Source: an uncultured delta proteobacterium
GTDB taxonomy: Bacteria > Desulfobacterota > Binatia > UBA9968
Assembly: GCA_963755715.1 (NCBI GenBank)
Contig: CAVWLW010000053.1
Coordinates: 1-60,565 of the forward strand
Direction: 5' to 3'
DNA length: 60,565 nt
Shown: positions 1 through 9,959 of the stretch, in pieces
Layout of the letters: each line of letters opens with the position of its first letter
Position numbering within the stretch: position 1 is the stretch's first letter
The notes under the pieces: model-generated
Told to the model about the DNA's origin: nothing
The model's database searches: none
What the model saw: the letters and a program-made list of their open reading frames with translations, nothing else
Made by a program: the position numbers and the translations under genes

Positions 1-20
1 GTTAGAAACGTGTGTCATGG

Positions 21-422
21 TCAATCCCAAAGCGTATCGACCCAATCCCCTTCTTGAATAATAGCATCTGTGGTGATCAGCGGACAGCGGAGGTGGCGGG
101 CTGTCGCGACGATGGCTCTGTCCGCCGGGTCACGGATCGCAACAAGCGATACCGATTCGAGTAAAACTTCCAACGTATAGGGCTGGACTTGAAAGTTAGG
201 GGAACGTTCGAGCTCTTGGGCCCAGCGACGAAACGGCACAGCTAAGTGAACAACGCCTCTTTCTACTAGTCGGTTGATTTCTTCTAGAACGACAACCGGC
301 ACAATGATGGAGTGTTTGCCCTGCTCTGTCTCTTGTAAGATTCGACGTGCTCGTTTCCCCAGTCGCGGTTTACGGTTTGATGACCAGAAAACCAACGGAT
401 GGGTATCGGTGACGTAAATCAC
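21..422 (-). CDS. vapC: PIN-domain (VapC-like) toxin, type II TA system
   Basis: GTG start overlaps the antitoxin stop (GTGA). Sequence (M)IYVTDTH...VVLEE...RDPADRAIVATA...LITTD carries the PIN acidic residues. The upstream part of the 250-aa ORF call is spurious. Confidence 0.88.
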   Translation of the reverse strand: MIYVTDTHPLVFWSSNRKPRLGKRARRILQETEQGKHSIIVPVVVLEEINRLVERGVVHLAVPFRRWAQELERSPNFQVQPYTLEVLLESVSLVAIRDPADRAIVATARHLRCPLITTDAIIQEGDWVDTLWD

Positions 423-718
423 TTGAGCCCGGCAATGAGTCGTTCGAGGGATTGCTCCCTTTCCTTCTTGAGCTCGTTTAGCGCTTCGTCCAAATCGCCG
501 GCCAGAGTCATGCTGCCCCGGAGCTTTAACGGAGACTGACTTGCGAGCCTTCGATAGTGAGCGAGTTCTTCTTCTACCCTGCCATGCCATTCCGGATCCA
601 CGAGCACTGCCTTGACCTTGGACCGCTGGGCAATCGCGATGGGACCCTTCCCCTTGTCGACTTCCGCCACCAGGGTGCTGAGCTGGGCGCGCGCTTCGGT
701 TAACGATAACTGCTTCAT
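419..718 (-). CDS. Phd/YefM family antitoxin
   Basis: N-terminus MKQLSLTEARAQLSTLVAEV...PIAIAQRSKVKAVLV is Phd/YefM-like; GAGGAG RBS; lies directly upstream of the PIN toxin. Confidence 0.88.
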   Translation of the reverse strand: MKQLSLTEARAQLSTLVAEVDKGKGPIAIAQRSKVKAVLVDPEWHGRVEEELAHYRRLASQSPLKLRGSMTLAGDLDEALNELKKEREQSLERLIAGLK

Positions 719-734
719 AGGCGACTCCTCTAAC

Positions 735-773
735 TGTACAATTAAATGTACAATAGCTGTTAGCCACGGTCAA
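735..773 (-). promoter_or_regulatory. sigma70 promoter (TTGACC-17-TACATT) with paired TGTACA operator palindromes for the TA operon
   Basis: -35 at 768-773, -10 at 745-750. TGTACA at 735-740 and 747-752, 12 bp centre to centre, one overlapping the -10. Confidence 0.75.
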
Positions 774-848
774 TGGCTTTGATCGAACATCAATCTGCTA
801 TGGAAGCAACCCGCCGTGGCGAGCTCAGGGTGTGCCGATCTGTTTTCG

Positions 849-1610
849 CTAACTCACCTGCTTCGGCCGATAAAACTCAATGGCGTTTTTGTAGAAAACA
901 TTCGCCGCCTTTTCATCTCCCAATGTTTCTAGAACCAGCGTGTAATCGTCATCTTGATAGGGTCTCGGCGCGCGGGTGGACGGCAGGTCGGTGCCGAACA
1001 TGAGCGCCCGCGGATTGGCCGCGTAGAGGTCGGTCAGCGCGGAACGGACATCGAAGTCTACTCGGCCGAAGCCGGTGGCCTTCACCCGCACGCCTTTTTC
1101 CGCAAGTTTGAGCAGCGTTGGGAAACCTGCTTTGGAAAGACCGAGATGGTCGATGCTGACCGCCGGCAACGACATCAGCGTCTCATAGAGATCGGCCAGT
1201 TCGGTAGAATCGACATACAACTCGGTGTGCCAGCCGACGAGTCGGTGAACGCGCCGCGCAAAGTTTTCCAGGTGATGGATTTCTTCCGAGCCGCCGCGCT
1301 TGACGTTGAAACGGACGGCGCGAACTCCCGCGCTATTGAGCTCCTGCAACTCCTGATCCGAGACACTCTGCGGCACCTGCGTGACTCCGACAAAGGTCGG
1401 GCCAAGCACTTTCAGAGCATGGAATAGATAAGACTGATCGAAAGCCTGGAAAGAGCCGGACACCACCGCGCCACCGCAAAGTTCGACCGCTTTCAAACGC
1501 GCTAAATAATCCGCGCTGGTAAACGCGTCGGGCATGAATCCTTGATTGGGCACGACGGGAAAGTTCTTGTCGATGATATGAAAATGGCAATCAAAATATT
1601 TTTGCTTCAA
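849..1610 (-). CDS. Amidohydrolase family protein (LigI/2-pyrone-4,6-dicarboxylate lactonase-like)
   Basis: FDCHFHI metal motif, GVRAVRFN, IDHLG and MFGTDLP motifs. Confidence 0.8.
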   Translation of the reverse strand: MKQKYFDCHFHIIDKNFPVVPNQGFMPDAFTSADYLARLKAVELCGGAVVSGSFQAFDQSYLFHALKVLGPTFVGVTQVPQSVSDQELQELNSAGVRAVRFNVKRGGSEEIHHLENFARRVHRLVGWHTELYVDSTELADLYETLMSLPAVSIDHLGLSKAGFPTLLKLAEKGVRVKATGFGRVDFDVRSALTDLYAANPRALMFGTDLPSTRAPRPYQDDDYTLVLETLGDEKAANVFYKNAIEFYRPKQVS

Positions 1611-1690
1611 CGAATTCTCCTTTTCATTACTGCCGATGTTCCCGATAGTGACGGAAAATCGATCATATACGCTTACGCTGTTCCTGCGCT

Positions 1691-1727
1691 GTTCCGGGTT
1701 TTGGGTTGACTCGAGAAACTCGAAACT
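1691..1727. repeat. Heptamer-period imperfect inverted repeat
   Basis: GTTCCGG GTTTTGG GTT ... CTCGAG AAACTCG AAACT, just downstream of the MetE-like stop. Confidence 0.5.
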
Positions 1728-1748
1728 AACATCACCGGCCGCGCCACT

Positions 1749-2914
1749 CTAGGGCCACAGTTCCTTGCTCGCCAGTTCCGCCCCCTCCACCAACGCCTTG
1801 AGCTTCGCCCACTGGATCGATGGATGGACCTTGGCGCTGAAGGGGCCTTGGGAAAAGCCGCAGTCGGTGCCGGCAAGCACGTTTTCCCGCCCGACGAGTT
1901 TGGCCAGCCGTACGATGCGCTGCGCCACCAACTCGGGATGCTCGATCAAGTTGGTCGCATGGGTGACGACGCCGGGGATAAGCACCGTTCCCTCGGGCGG
2001 CTTGACGTCCCGCCACACCGTCCATTCATGCTCATGGCGCACGTTCGCCGCTTCGAACAGATAGGCACCGGCCTTGACCTTCAGAAATAGCGGCTGGATA
2101 TGCTTGATGGGGATGTCGGTGCTATGCGGCCCATGCCAGCTGCCCCAGCAGATATGGTAGCGGATGCGCTCTCGCGGAATGTCCGCCAGCGCGTAATTGG
2201 TCGCTTCGATCCGCGTTTCACAAAATTTCTGAAATTCCGTCAGATCGATGTTGGGCAGCAATTGGTCCCAGCGCGCGGTAATCCATGGATCGTCCAGTTG
2301 GACCAGAAAGCCGGCGTCGACAATCGCCTTATACTCTTGCTTGAGCGCATCCGCGATGGCGTAAAGGTAGGCTTCCTGACTCGGGTAGTACTCGTTGCGG
2401 CGGTCGGTCTCCACGGTAATCGGCGCGGCCACCGGCATGAACGCTTCTTCCACGCTTACGCCCCGAGCGCCGCCTTGAAATTGGCGATATCGATCTGGAG
2501 GAGTGTCGGATCGTAGGTGATCGGTCCGGTGCACACCCATTTCACGCTCGCCGGACGGTGGGATTGCGTAAGGCGGTCATACTCTCGATAGAAGTCGGCG
2601 AAGTCCCTGCGGTCCTTGCCCCGCGATACGCCGGACTCGCCGGGATTGCCCGGCCGGCGTTCGAATCCGCCCAGCCGTTCATTGATATAAGCCGCGAAGC
2701 CCGACTTGCCGAACTCTCCGTCGCTGACGACGTCGATGCCGACTTCGGCTTGCCTGCGCACCACCTCGGATACGCCCTTGCGCAGACTCTCGGCAAAGCT
2801 TTCCCGATCGTAGGGCTCTTTGTTTACCCTGGCGCGCATGGCATCGATAATCTCCACCGGGCGGGTCAGGCTGCCGACGTGGGTCGTAAGAATTCTTTCC
2901 GTGCTGCGCTTCAT
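1749..2914 (-). CDS. Cobalamin-independent methionine synthase II family (single-barrel MetE-like / epoxyalkane:CoM transferase-like) protein; 1 frameshift near 2460
   Basis: MKRSTERILTTHVGSL, VSDGEFGK, Zn ligands HICWG and GTDCGF. Two ORFs (2456-2914, 1749-2540) join at a G-run. Confidence 0.82.
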
Positions 2915-2991
2915 AGTGATCTCTTCGCTAGCGTTTCATTCATCGGCATCTCGCATAATCTGATTAATCTCGTCGGCGCCCGTGAATGTTT

Positions 2992-3972
2992 CTACGGCTT
3001 CCAGCCCGCTTGCGTCAACTCGCCGTCCGCTTTCTTTGCAAAGCTAAAATCGTAGGCGCGCTCGATGGGAACTTCCTTTGTGACTTTGAGGACCTCGCGA
3101 ACGATGTCGAGATCGTTTTTCTGGGTTTCTTCGTCGACCACGCCGTTGGTCGTAAAGGTTCCGATCATGCCGTCGTAAGTGCGCGCCGCCAATTCCCTGT
3201 CCAGCTCGGAAAATTTCATCATCGCATCCATCGCGACCTCGCGGTTCTGCTTGACCAGGCGCAGGGCTTTGAGCAGGGCACGCGTGAATCCGTGCATCAA
3301 CTTGGGTTTCCCTTTAATGAATTGGTCATTGGTTGCAATGGTGCCCCAGGAATTCTTCACTTCTTTGCCCAGATACAAGATCTCTTTCATACCTTGATCG
3401 AGGGCGGCAAAGCGCTCCTCCGAACTCAATAGCCCGGCATCCACGGCTCCCGTCTGTAGCGCCGCGAGGCGCTGGCCCGGCGGCAGGGCGAGAAATGTCA
3501 AATCCTTGTTGGCGTCGAGGCCATACTTTGGCGCAACCTTTTTCAACATAAACGTCGCCACCGCGGCGACTCCGGTCACGGCGATCTTTTTATTCTTTAG
3601 ATCTTTGAAAGCGCTGTACTGAGGCCGGACCATCAGCCACTGCAACACTTGATCGGTGACGGCCAGAACGGTTTTGAGCGGAGCATTGCCTTGCATGACG
3701 GCGACCAGGGCGCTGCTGCCGGAACCGGTGAAATCCATTTCGCCGGCGAGCACGGCTTGAAGGCCGGGGGTGGATGCCATGACGACGACATTGAGATCGA
3801 TCCCTTCCTCCTTCATATAACCCCGCTCCTTGGCGAGCGGAAAGATGATGAACTGAAACGACTTGGACGGCAGGGTGACGTTGATTTTATCGACGGCGAA
3901 TGCCGATTTGCCGGGAAGCAACAACACGCCGATCAGCAGCGCCGCGATCATCGACGGGATGATTTTTTTCAT
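2992..3972 (-). CDS. ABC-type substrate-binding protein, NMT1/THI5/SsuA-like
   Basis: Signal peptide; AKERGYMKEEGIDL, AVLAGEMDF, DLKNKKIAV, AALQTGAVDA motifs. Confidence 0.85.
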   Translation of the reverse strand: MKKIIPSMIAALLIGVLLLPGKSAFAVDKINVTLPSKSFQFIIFPLAKERGYMKEEGIDLNVVVMASTPGLQAVLAGEMDFTGSGSSALVAVMQGNAPLKTVLAVTDQVLQWLMVRPQYSAFKDLKNKKIAVTGVAAVATFMLKKVAPKYGLDANKDLTFLALPPGQRLAALQTGAVDAGLLSSEERFAALDQGMKEILYLGKEVKNSWGTIATNDQFIKGKPKLMHGFTRALLKALRLVKQNREVAMDAMMKFSELDRELAARTYDGMIGTFTTNGVVDEETQKNDLDIVREVLKVTKEVPIERAYDFSFAKKADGELTQAGWKP

Positions 3973-4435
3973 CGTTCAGTCCCTCCTGAAAATAAGATAC
4001 CGAGCAGGCACCGAAACCGGTCACGGCCTACATTATAAAAGCCAATTTTCTAAGTCGAGGGAAATTTAAGCGTTTAAGAGAAAGGCGGACATTGGCAGCA
4101 GAGCCGACATAATACTGCTAACGTGTTTCGTCCGGCTCCAATCCTAATCGATGCGCGCCACCATATTGGTTTTGCCAGGACGGCTAGTGACGGAGCGAAT
4201 TTTTTGAATCCACAAGTTGGCTTGGGGGAGGTATTGCAAAACCTAAAACAGGTAATGGAATCGCAGCTAACTACCAGCGGCTGGTGCGGATTCGCTTGCG
4301 GCGAAAGCAGAACCTAATTCGCGTCGAAGCTGCGGACATTGACAACTCGCGAGAGAAAATCCACAACGTCGCGGAGGAATTGCCGATCATCGACAGGAAA
4401 ATCGAATTGCAGACCGGCGCCCCGCGGGGAATTTC

Positions 4436-5225
4436 TCAATTCACTCCACCGATCAGCCGCGCATCATCGGACCGCACATATCCCGGAGGATTGCCGCGCT
4501 TGGAGCGCACTTCCAGCCAATCGCCGGCGGAACTTACGACGTTGAGCCGGGTCCCTCTGTCGATTTGCGAGATGACACGTGCAGCCGATGACGGATTTTC
4601 ATATACCGACGTCGGCCGGGTGGTCTCGTAGACTCCCGGCGCGGTGGTTCGTCTTGCCGCCACCGGCTGAGGAAGCGGCGCAGCGGCGTCCGGCGCGCGC
4701 GATGCAGTTCTTCTCGCGACCGGCGACCGACTCGCGTTCGAGTAATCTGTTTGACGCGTGGCGGCACCGAGCCGCTGCTGTGCCGCCGAAAGTTCTTTCT
4801 GGCTTTCTTCGAGTTTAGTCTTGATTGCCGGCGAGCTGATTGGAATTCTCGTTCAGTTGCTGCCGCGTTTGAGCGAGTTGCGTTTCCTGGCTTTGAATCG
4901 TCTGGTCTTTCGCTTGAAGCTGTTTTGAGTAGGCCTGTGACGATAGCAATAGCTCGCTGCGGTGGATGTAGCCGCCGGCAAAAAAGGCGATCGCAGCCAC
5001 AAGGAGCATGGCGCCCATCCAGATAAATTTTACCGGGATTGGGGATCTCCTGTAATTATCCGAGCCAATTCGTCGTTCCGACGATGGGTCGTCACGCTTG
5101 AGCCACCGAGGGGCAAACTGCGACGAGAAATCGGTCTTGCAATAACGACAATCCGTGGCATCTTCCGCGATACTGTTGGCACAGTGTGGGCAAAGCCGCG
5201 TCTCCGCGGTCGAATTTCCGCTCAT
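4436..5225 (-). CDS. Zinc-ribbon / TM / coiled-coil / SH3b membrane protein; 1 frameshift near 4828
   Basis: CPHC...CRYC at the N-terminus, hydrophobic helix FIWMGAMLLVAAIAFFAGGY, Q/E-rich coil that continues in another frame (AIKTKLEESQKELSAAQQRL), C-terminal SH3b-like GTRLNVVSSAGDWLEV...GYV. Confidence 0.7.
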
Positions 5226-5332
5226 GACCTTCCCTCCTTGGCGCAGTAGTTAACCGTATCCTCAGTATTGGGCGAAGGACCGGGAGGGCGTTTTTTTGAA
5301 ACACCCCTGTGCGGCGCCAAGCGCTATGTCTC

Positions 5333-5359
5333 TTAGACGTTTGGCAAACTCACTTGTGA
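5333..5359 (-). promoter_or_regulatory. Candidate ECF sigma promoter TCAC-N16-CGTCTAA
   Basis: Same motif and spacing as at 55320 and 57118; about 110 nt upstream of the SH3 gene start. Confidence 0.55.
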
Positions 5360-5461
5360 ATTTTTAGCCTCACGGCTGACCTGAGGAGGCCACCTGTCCG
5401 CCTGGGCAAGCCTTTGTCGGTAATCGGCGGGTTTTCTCCCATAATCATCGGAAGAGAGGAT

Positions 5462-6295
5462 TCCCATCCCCACGTGCTGCAATTGATGATGGATTCCTTG
5501 CGACTGGGTTCTGGAAATGCACGTCGATGGTTTTCGCTTCGATCTGGCGGCGACCTTGGCCAGGCGAGCTGCATGATGTCGATCGGCTCTCGGCGTTTTT
5601 CGATATTATTCATCAGGACCCCGTGATCAGGCAGGTCAAGTGATCGCCGAGCCCTGGGACGTTGGCGAAGGCGGTTACCAGGTGGGAAAATTCCCGCCTT
5701 TTGGATGGAGTGGAACGGTAAGGATCGCGATTTGTGCGCGATTACTGGCGCGGACAGGACCAGACCCTGAGGGATTTGCTTATCGCTTGACCGGCAGTTC
5801 GGATTTATACGAGGCCACCGGCAGGAGGCCCTATGCAAGCGTCAACTTCATCACCGCTCATGACGGGTTTACGCTTCATGATTTGGTTTCGTACAATGAA
5901 AAACACAACGAAGCTAACGGCGAAGACAATCGTGACGGCGAGAGTAACAACCGCCCTTGGAACTGCGGTGTCGAAGGACCCACCGACGATCGCTAAAGTG
6001 AATGCGCTGCGCAATCGCCAGAAGCGCAACTTTCTATCCACGCTCTTTCTATCCCAAGGCATCCCGATGCTCCTCGGGGGAGATGAAATCGGCCGCACCC
6101 AAAGGGGCAACAACAACGCTTACTGTCAGGACAACGAGATTTCCTGGTACGATTGGAGCTCGGCGGATACGTTACTCGAATTCGCCCGCTGGCTTATTCA
6201 GCTGCGCAAAGAGCATCCGGTGTTCACGGCGCAAGTGGTTTCAAGGCCGCCCCATTCACGGCGCAAAAGGCACGAACATCGGCTGGTTCACCCGT
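5462..6295 (+). pseudogene. glgX: Glycogen debranching enzyme GlgX, internal fragment with multiple frameshifts
   Basis: [89 protein letters not shown] spread over several frames; N- and C-terminal parts missing. Confidence 0.88.
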
Positions 6296-6362
6296 GCGGT
6301 TCTCGAGCGGTGCGTTGGCCTAGAAGAGCTGAGAATATTACCGGAGATCGCTGCTAGGCTCG

Positions 6363-7721
6363 TCAGACGGGTTGCCCCGAGAGCGCAGCGGCCGCGACTT
6401 TCCGGCCAGTGTTCCGGAGCAACTCTCTGTCGGCCTCGGGACTTTCCGCCGGCGGAACCCGAAGCACCGTGTTTCTGCAATAAGTCGAGATCGCATTGCC
6501 AACGCACGAGACGGCGCGCTTTGGATCTTCTCCTCGCTGCAACGCGCGAATTCCCTCGCGCAACAGCTTCCGAACCAGGGTGACACCGCGATCCGTGGCT
6601 CCCAAGTGTTCCAGTGCGTGGACGGCGATGGGCCGCTGGCTCTCTTGCGCCTCGTAGTCGCCAGGCTGGCGCTGACGATCTTCATAGGTGCGATTGATCG
6701 ATTGCGAGCTTCGCAGCGGGCGCGCGACCGAGCGCTGCTCGCTGTTCTCCGGCGCATAGCGGAACTGGAACGCGACCGTGTGGGTGTCATCAACCGGAAC
6801 CGTCCAGGCGGTCATGTACAGTGGCCCGAAATCCAGCTCTCCCGTCGGCCGAAAGCGGCTCGGCGCAAACTGATCGACGTTGGGCATGATGTAGTCACCC
6901 AGCCGTACCCAAATAAATTCACCTACTCGCCGAGTGTGGATACCGATCACGCCCAGCGGGCTTTCCTGCCACTCGAGCACCCTGGATTGAAAGTTCTCGC
7001 GAATCGCCGTGAGATCACGCTCGAATTCTTTGAGCCCAACGCTGAAGTAATCTTCCAAAGACCCGCCGCTCACGCTCGGACGGTAACCATCCAACTTTGC
7101 GCGCGCCTCCTCGGGGTCGTGGAGAAATACGAAATGCACCTGGTCCGCGTTATTCTCCGCCAACTGCAGCCAGTTGCAGTCATAGATGTATTTCTGTTCG
7201 GTTTCTCCGCCGGGCACCATCCGGTAGCCCGGCAGTTCGAATGAATCGTAGATCGGAAACTCGGGACGGTGCTCCGGAGGCCCCAGGTAGGCGAAGATCA
7301 GCCCTTTGTACTCGAGGGTCGGGTAAGCCCCATGGAAAAAACGGTCCTTGAACGTGCTATCGGGAGGCTCTCCCGGCGTCTCCAGCACCCGGCCGTCAAC
7401 GTCGTAGAGCCAGCCGTGATAGCAGCAGCGAATGCCGCAGCGCTCGACCATGCCAAATTCCAGCGACGTGCCGCGGTGGCTGCAGTGAAGCTCGAGCAGT
7501 CCGATTTTTCCGCGGCCGTCGCGAAAGAGTACGAGGTCCTCACCCATGACTCGGATGCGCTTCGGCAGGTCTTTCAGTGCGGCGGTCATCCCGACCGGGT
7601 GCCAGAAGCGGCGCAGATATTCACCGCAGGGCGTACCGGGTCCCACTTCGGTCAGTTCCCTGTCATGCTCCGGGACCTCTCTATGGTAGTAGCCGCTGAA
7701 CGGCTCCTTGATCAGCGCCAT
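6363..7721 (-). CDS. Rieske non-heme iron oxygenase, phthalate 4,5-dioxygenase-like alpha subunit
   Basis: VGPGTPCGEYLRRFWHP; Rieske CSHRGTSL...CCYHGW; mononuclear Fe site ENNADQVHFVFLH; EHLGATDRGV. Confidence 0.9.
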   Translation of the reverse strand: MALIKEPFSGYYHREVPEHDRELTEVGPGTPCGEYLRRFWHPVGMTAALKDLPKRIRVMGEDLVLFRDGRGKIGLLELHCSHRGTSLEFGMVERCGIRCCYHGWLYDVDGRVLETPGEPPDSTFKDRFFHGAYPTLEYKGLIFAYLGPPEHRPEFPIYDSFELPGYRMVPGGETEQKYIYDCNWLQLAENNADQVHFVFLHDPEEARAKLDGYRPSVSGGSLEDYFSVGLKEFERDLTAIRENFQSRVLEWQESPLGVIGIHTRRVGEFIWVRLGDYIMPNVDQFAPSRFRPTGELDFGPLYMTAWTVPVDDTHTVAFQFRYAPENSEQRSVARPLRSSQSINRTYEDRQRQPGDYEAQESQRPIAVHALEHLGATDRGVTLVRKLLREGIRALQRGEDPKRAVSCVGNAISTYCRNTVLRVPPAESPEADRELLRNTGRKVAAAALSGQPV

Positions 7722-7767
7722 GGTCTCGTCCTTCCGTCCCGTTTATTGAAATCTCTCATCGCCCGAT

Positions 7768-8733
7768 TCATGTCAGGTAGCCCGCCTCTCGATAATAGCG
7801 CGCGGCGCCAGGATGGAGTGGAATTTTCGTGTCCCACTGCTTTGTGATGGGCTGTGTCATGGTCGATGAGTAGGTAAGAAAAGGTATGGGCAGCATTTGG
7901 CTGTGCGTATAGCTCACCGTGACCGAGGCTTCCTCAATGCGTTTTTTGTTCCGGTCGATGCTCTTGGCTATCGTATGGATGATGTTTTCGTCTACTTCTG
8001 CGCGGGTGACCAGCAGATTATCGGATAGATCAATAGTCAGCAGCGGTTCTTGGATAGCCGGCAGGAATCCTGCGGGAATGATGTTGCGCGCATAACCCTC
8101 TTCCTCCAAGCCTGCCATCACGTGCTCGTCGAGCCCGATGAAGCGAAATCCATGGGCAGCGACGGTTTGCCAGACTCCTTCGTGAGAAGCATGGCCAACG
8201 ACCACATCCACGTCGCGCTTGCTGATCTCTTCATCGAGCGCCGTCAACCCTACGCCCACGTGCCACCATCGGCCGCCCCAGGCTTCGACGTCGGCCAGCG
8301 AGTAGCCGTACTGCCGCAAGATCGCATGCTCATGCTCGTACAATTCATCTGCGCGGACGCCCAATCGGACCGCGCGCTTCTCCCGGCCGATCTGCGCAAG
8401 GTCTTTGACGGGACACCAAGGCGCCAAAGCAAACAACTGTCGATCCAATCTGGGAAAGCGCGCGACGGAACGGAGATTGCTCAAAGGGTTTCCGACCCAG
8501 GAGCGCTTTCCTTCGAGCGCCCACGTCGCGCGAACCGCCGGGAAAACCCAGCCCAAGTCCAGCTCGCCACCGCACACCCAATCCGGGCGGTTGAGGGCGG
8601 GAGCGATGATCGCAACCGGAGCAGCGCCGCCAACGCTGCGCGCGAACACCTGGGTCATCCTGTATGAACCGGCCCATCCGACGCCGATCTTGACGCCCTG
8701 GAGAACGATATTGGACGGCAACTTGGTATCCAA
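7768..8733 (-). CDS. TAXI-family (PBP fold) protein lacking an obvious signal peptide
   Basis: NLRSVARFP, LLVTRAEVDENIIHTI and the C-terminal IPLHPGAARYYREAGYL are TAXI hallmarks. TTG start with GGGAGAG RBS; no hydrophobic N-terminal core. Confidence 0.75.
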   Translation of the reverse strand: MDTKLPSNIVLQGVKIGVGWAGSYRMTQVFARSVGGAAPVAIIAPALNRPDWVCGGELDLGWVFPAVRATWALEGKRSWVGNPLSNLRSVARFPRLDRQLFALAPWCPVKDLAQIGREKRAVRLGVRADELYEHEHAILRQYGYSLADVEAWGGRWWHVGVGLTALDEEISKRDVDVVVGHASHEGVWQTVAAHGFRFIGLDEHVMAGLEEEGYARNIIPAGFLPAIQEPLLTIDLSDNLLVTRAEVDENIIHTIAKSIDRNKKRIEEASVTVSYTHSQMLPIPFLTYSSTMTQPITKQWDTKIPLHPGAARYYREAGYLT

Positions 8734-8787
8734 GAGTGGTTCTCTCCCCAGTTATTTTCCGCTCGATTTAAACAATCCGGTATTTCT

Positions 8788-9600
8788 TCACGTCGTAAGA
8801 TCTATCAAGACGCCTTCCGGATCGGCAATCGCGTAATGTCCCAAGCTGCAAGAGTCGATATCCCTCTGGAGCGTGGCTCCGTTTCTGCCCACAAATATTT
8901 TCCTTGGAGCCGACTCAGGAAATGATTTTCCGAGGTCGTCCAGTTCCTTTTTCACTGCTTCGAGGTCTTCGACCTTGAAGCCGACATGATCGATTCCTTC
9001 AGTCATGGACCGGTACGAGTAGTTTTCGCACGGGCGAATAAGAAGGTACGACTTTCCATCGGTGAGACAAATTTCTCCCTCGCCGGAAAGGTTCTTGACC
9101 GTCGTGAGCTCAAAAACGTTTCGATAGAACTCGGCCAGGAGAGCGGGTTTCTTTGCTCGAATCGCAACGTGGTGCAAGTGGCGCGGCTGTTCCCAGCCCT
9201 CGTCCTTATACCCACCTCTGAGGTTGGCACCCCTCTCTTGGGCAATATCGATGTGAGTACCAACCGGGTCGGTGATTCTCATACCCGCAAAAGCGACTCC
9301 CTCGAGACCCTTGGTGAATATGGTATCGGGATAGTCTTGTTTTATCCTCGCTGTGACTTTATCCAGGTCTTGCAGCTGAAGTCCGAAGTGGTCCAGTCCC
9401 GAGCGGTATCCCGGCGGCCTGGGGTTCAAGGCCAGCCCTATGATTCCATCGCTGAGCTGACCCCGCGACCGGTTTGAGGGATCACGCTCGGCGACCCCGA
9501 GAGATGTAAAGAATCGCATGCCAAAGATTGTCTCGTAGAATCGAGCCGACCTCTCACACCCATCGCTCCAAATCGCACAGTGTCTGATCTTCGCATTCAT
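8788..9600 (-). CDS. VOC/glyoxalase superfamily protein with two VOC domains
   Basis: Duplicated motifs IRHCAI...RFYETIFGM...GLDHFG...DPVG and LHHVAI...EFYRNVFEL...GIDHVGF...DPEG. Confidence 0.82.
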   Translation of the reverse strand: MNAKIRHCAIWSDGCERSARFYETIFGMRFFTSLGVAERDPSNRSRGQLSDGIIGLALNPRPPGYRSGLDHFGLQLQDLDKVTARIKQDYPDTIFTKGLEGVAFAGMRITDPVGTHIDIAQERGANLRGGYKDEGWEQPRHLHHVAIRAKKPALLAEFYRNVFELTTVKNLSGEGEICLTDGKSYLLIRPCENYSYRSMTEGIDHVGFKVEDLEAVKKELDDLGKSFPESAPRKIFVGRNGATLQRDIDSCSLGHYAIADPEGVLIDLTT

Positions 9601-9959
9601 GGTCGCTCTTTCCTTCTTTCAATCTTTGGGGTAGCGATTTCTTGGCTAAACGCGACATCTCCGAGGAAAAAATCCAGCGCGTTTATGGGACCAAACTCCA
9701 CCAACGCGCCGGCCTCCTGATGAATTGTCACATCGTTAAACCGCCTCATAGACCTTTCCCGGGAATTACTAAAGTAAGCAGGATCATGTCAATGGTAGGT
9801 TTAACCAGCATGGACTGGCGGTGAACGAAAAGCCACAGGTTGTCGGTTGCCGGCCGGTCTTTACGCATGCTAACTTCGACGCTGCGGCCATGTTTGCTCT
9901 GCTCCCGAGGCGCATAAAAATTGGCGTCCATTTGCCGGGTGAGTGAAGGAGGACTGTTT

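Noticed and set aside
4080-4435. Short ORFs on both strands between the SBP and SH3 genes
   Set aside because: No recognisable motif or RBS; cannot decide strand or whether coding.
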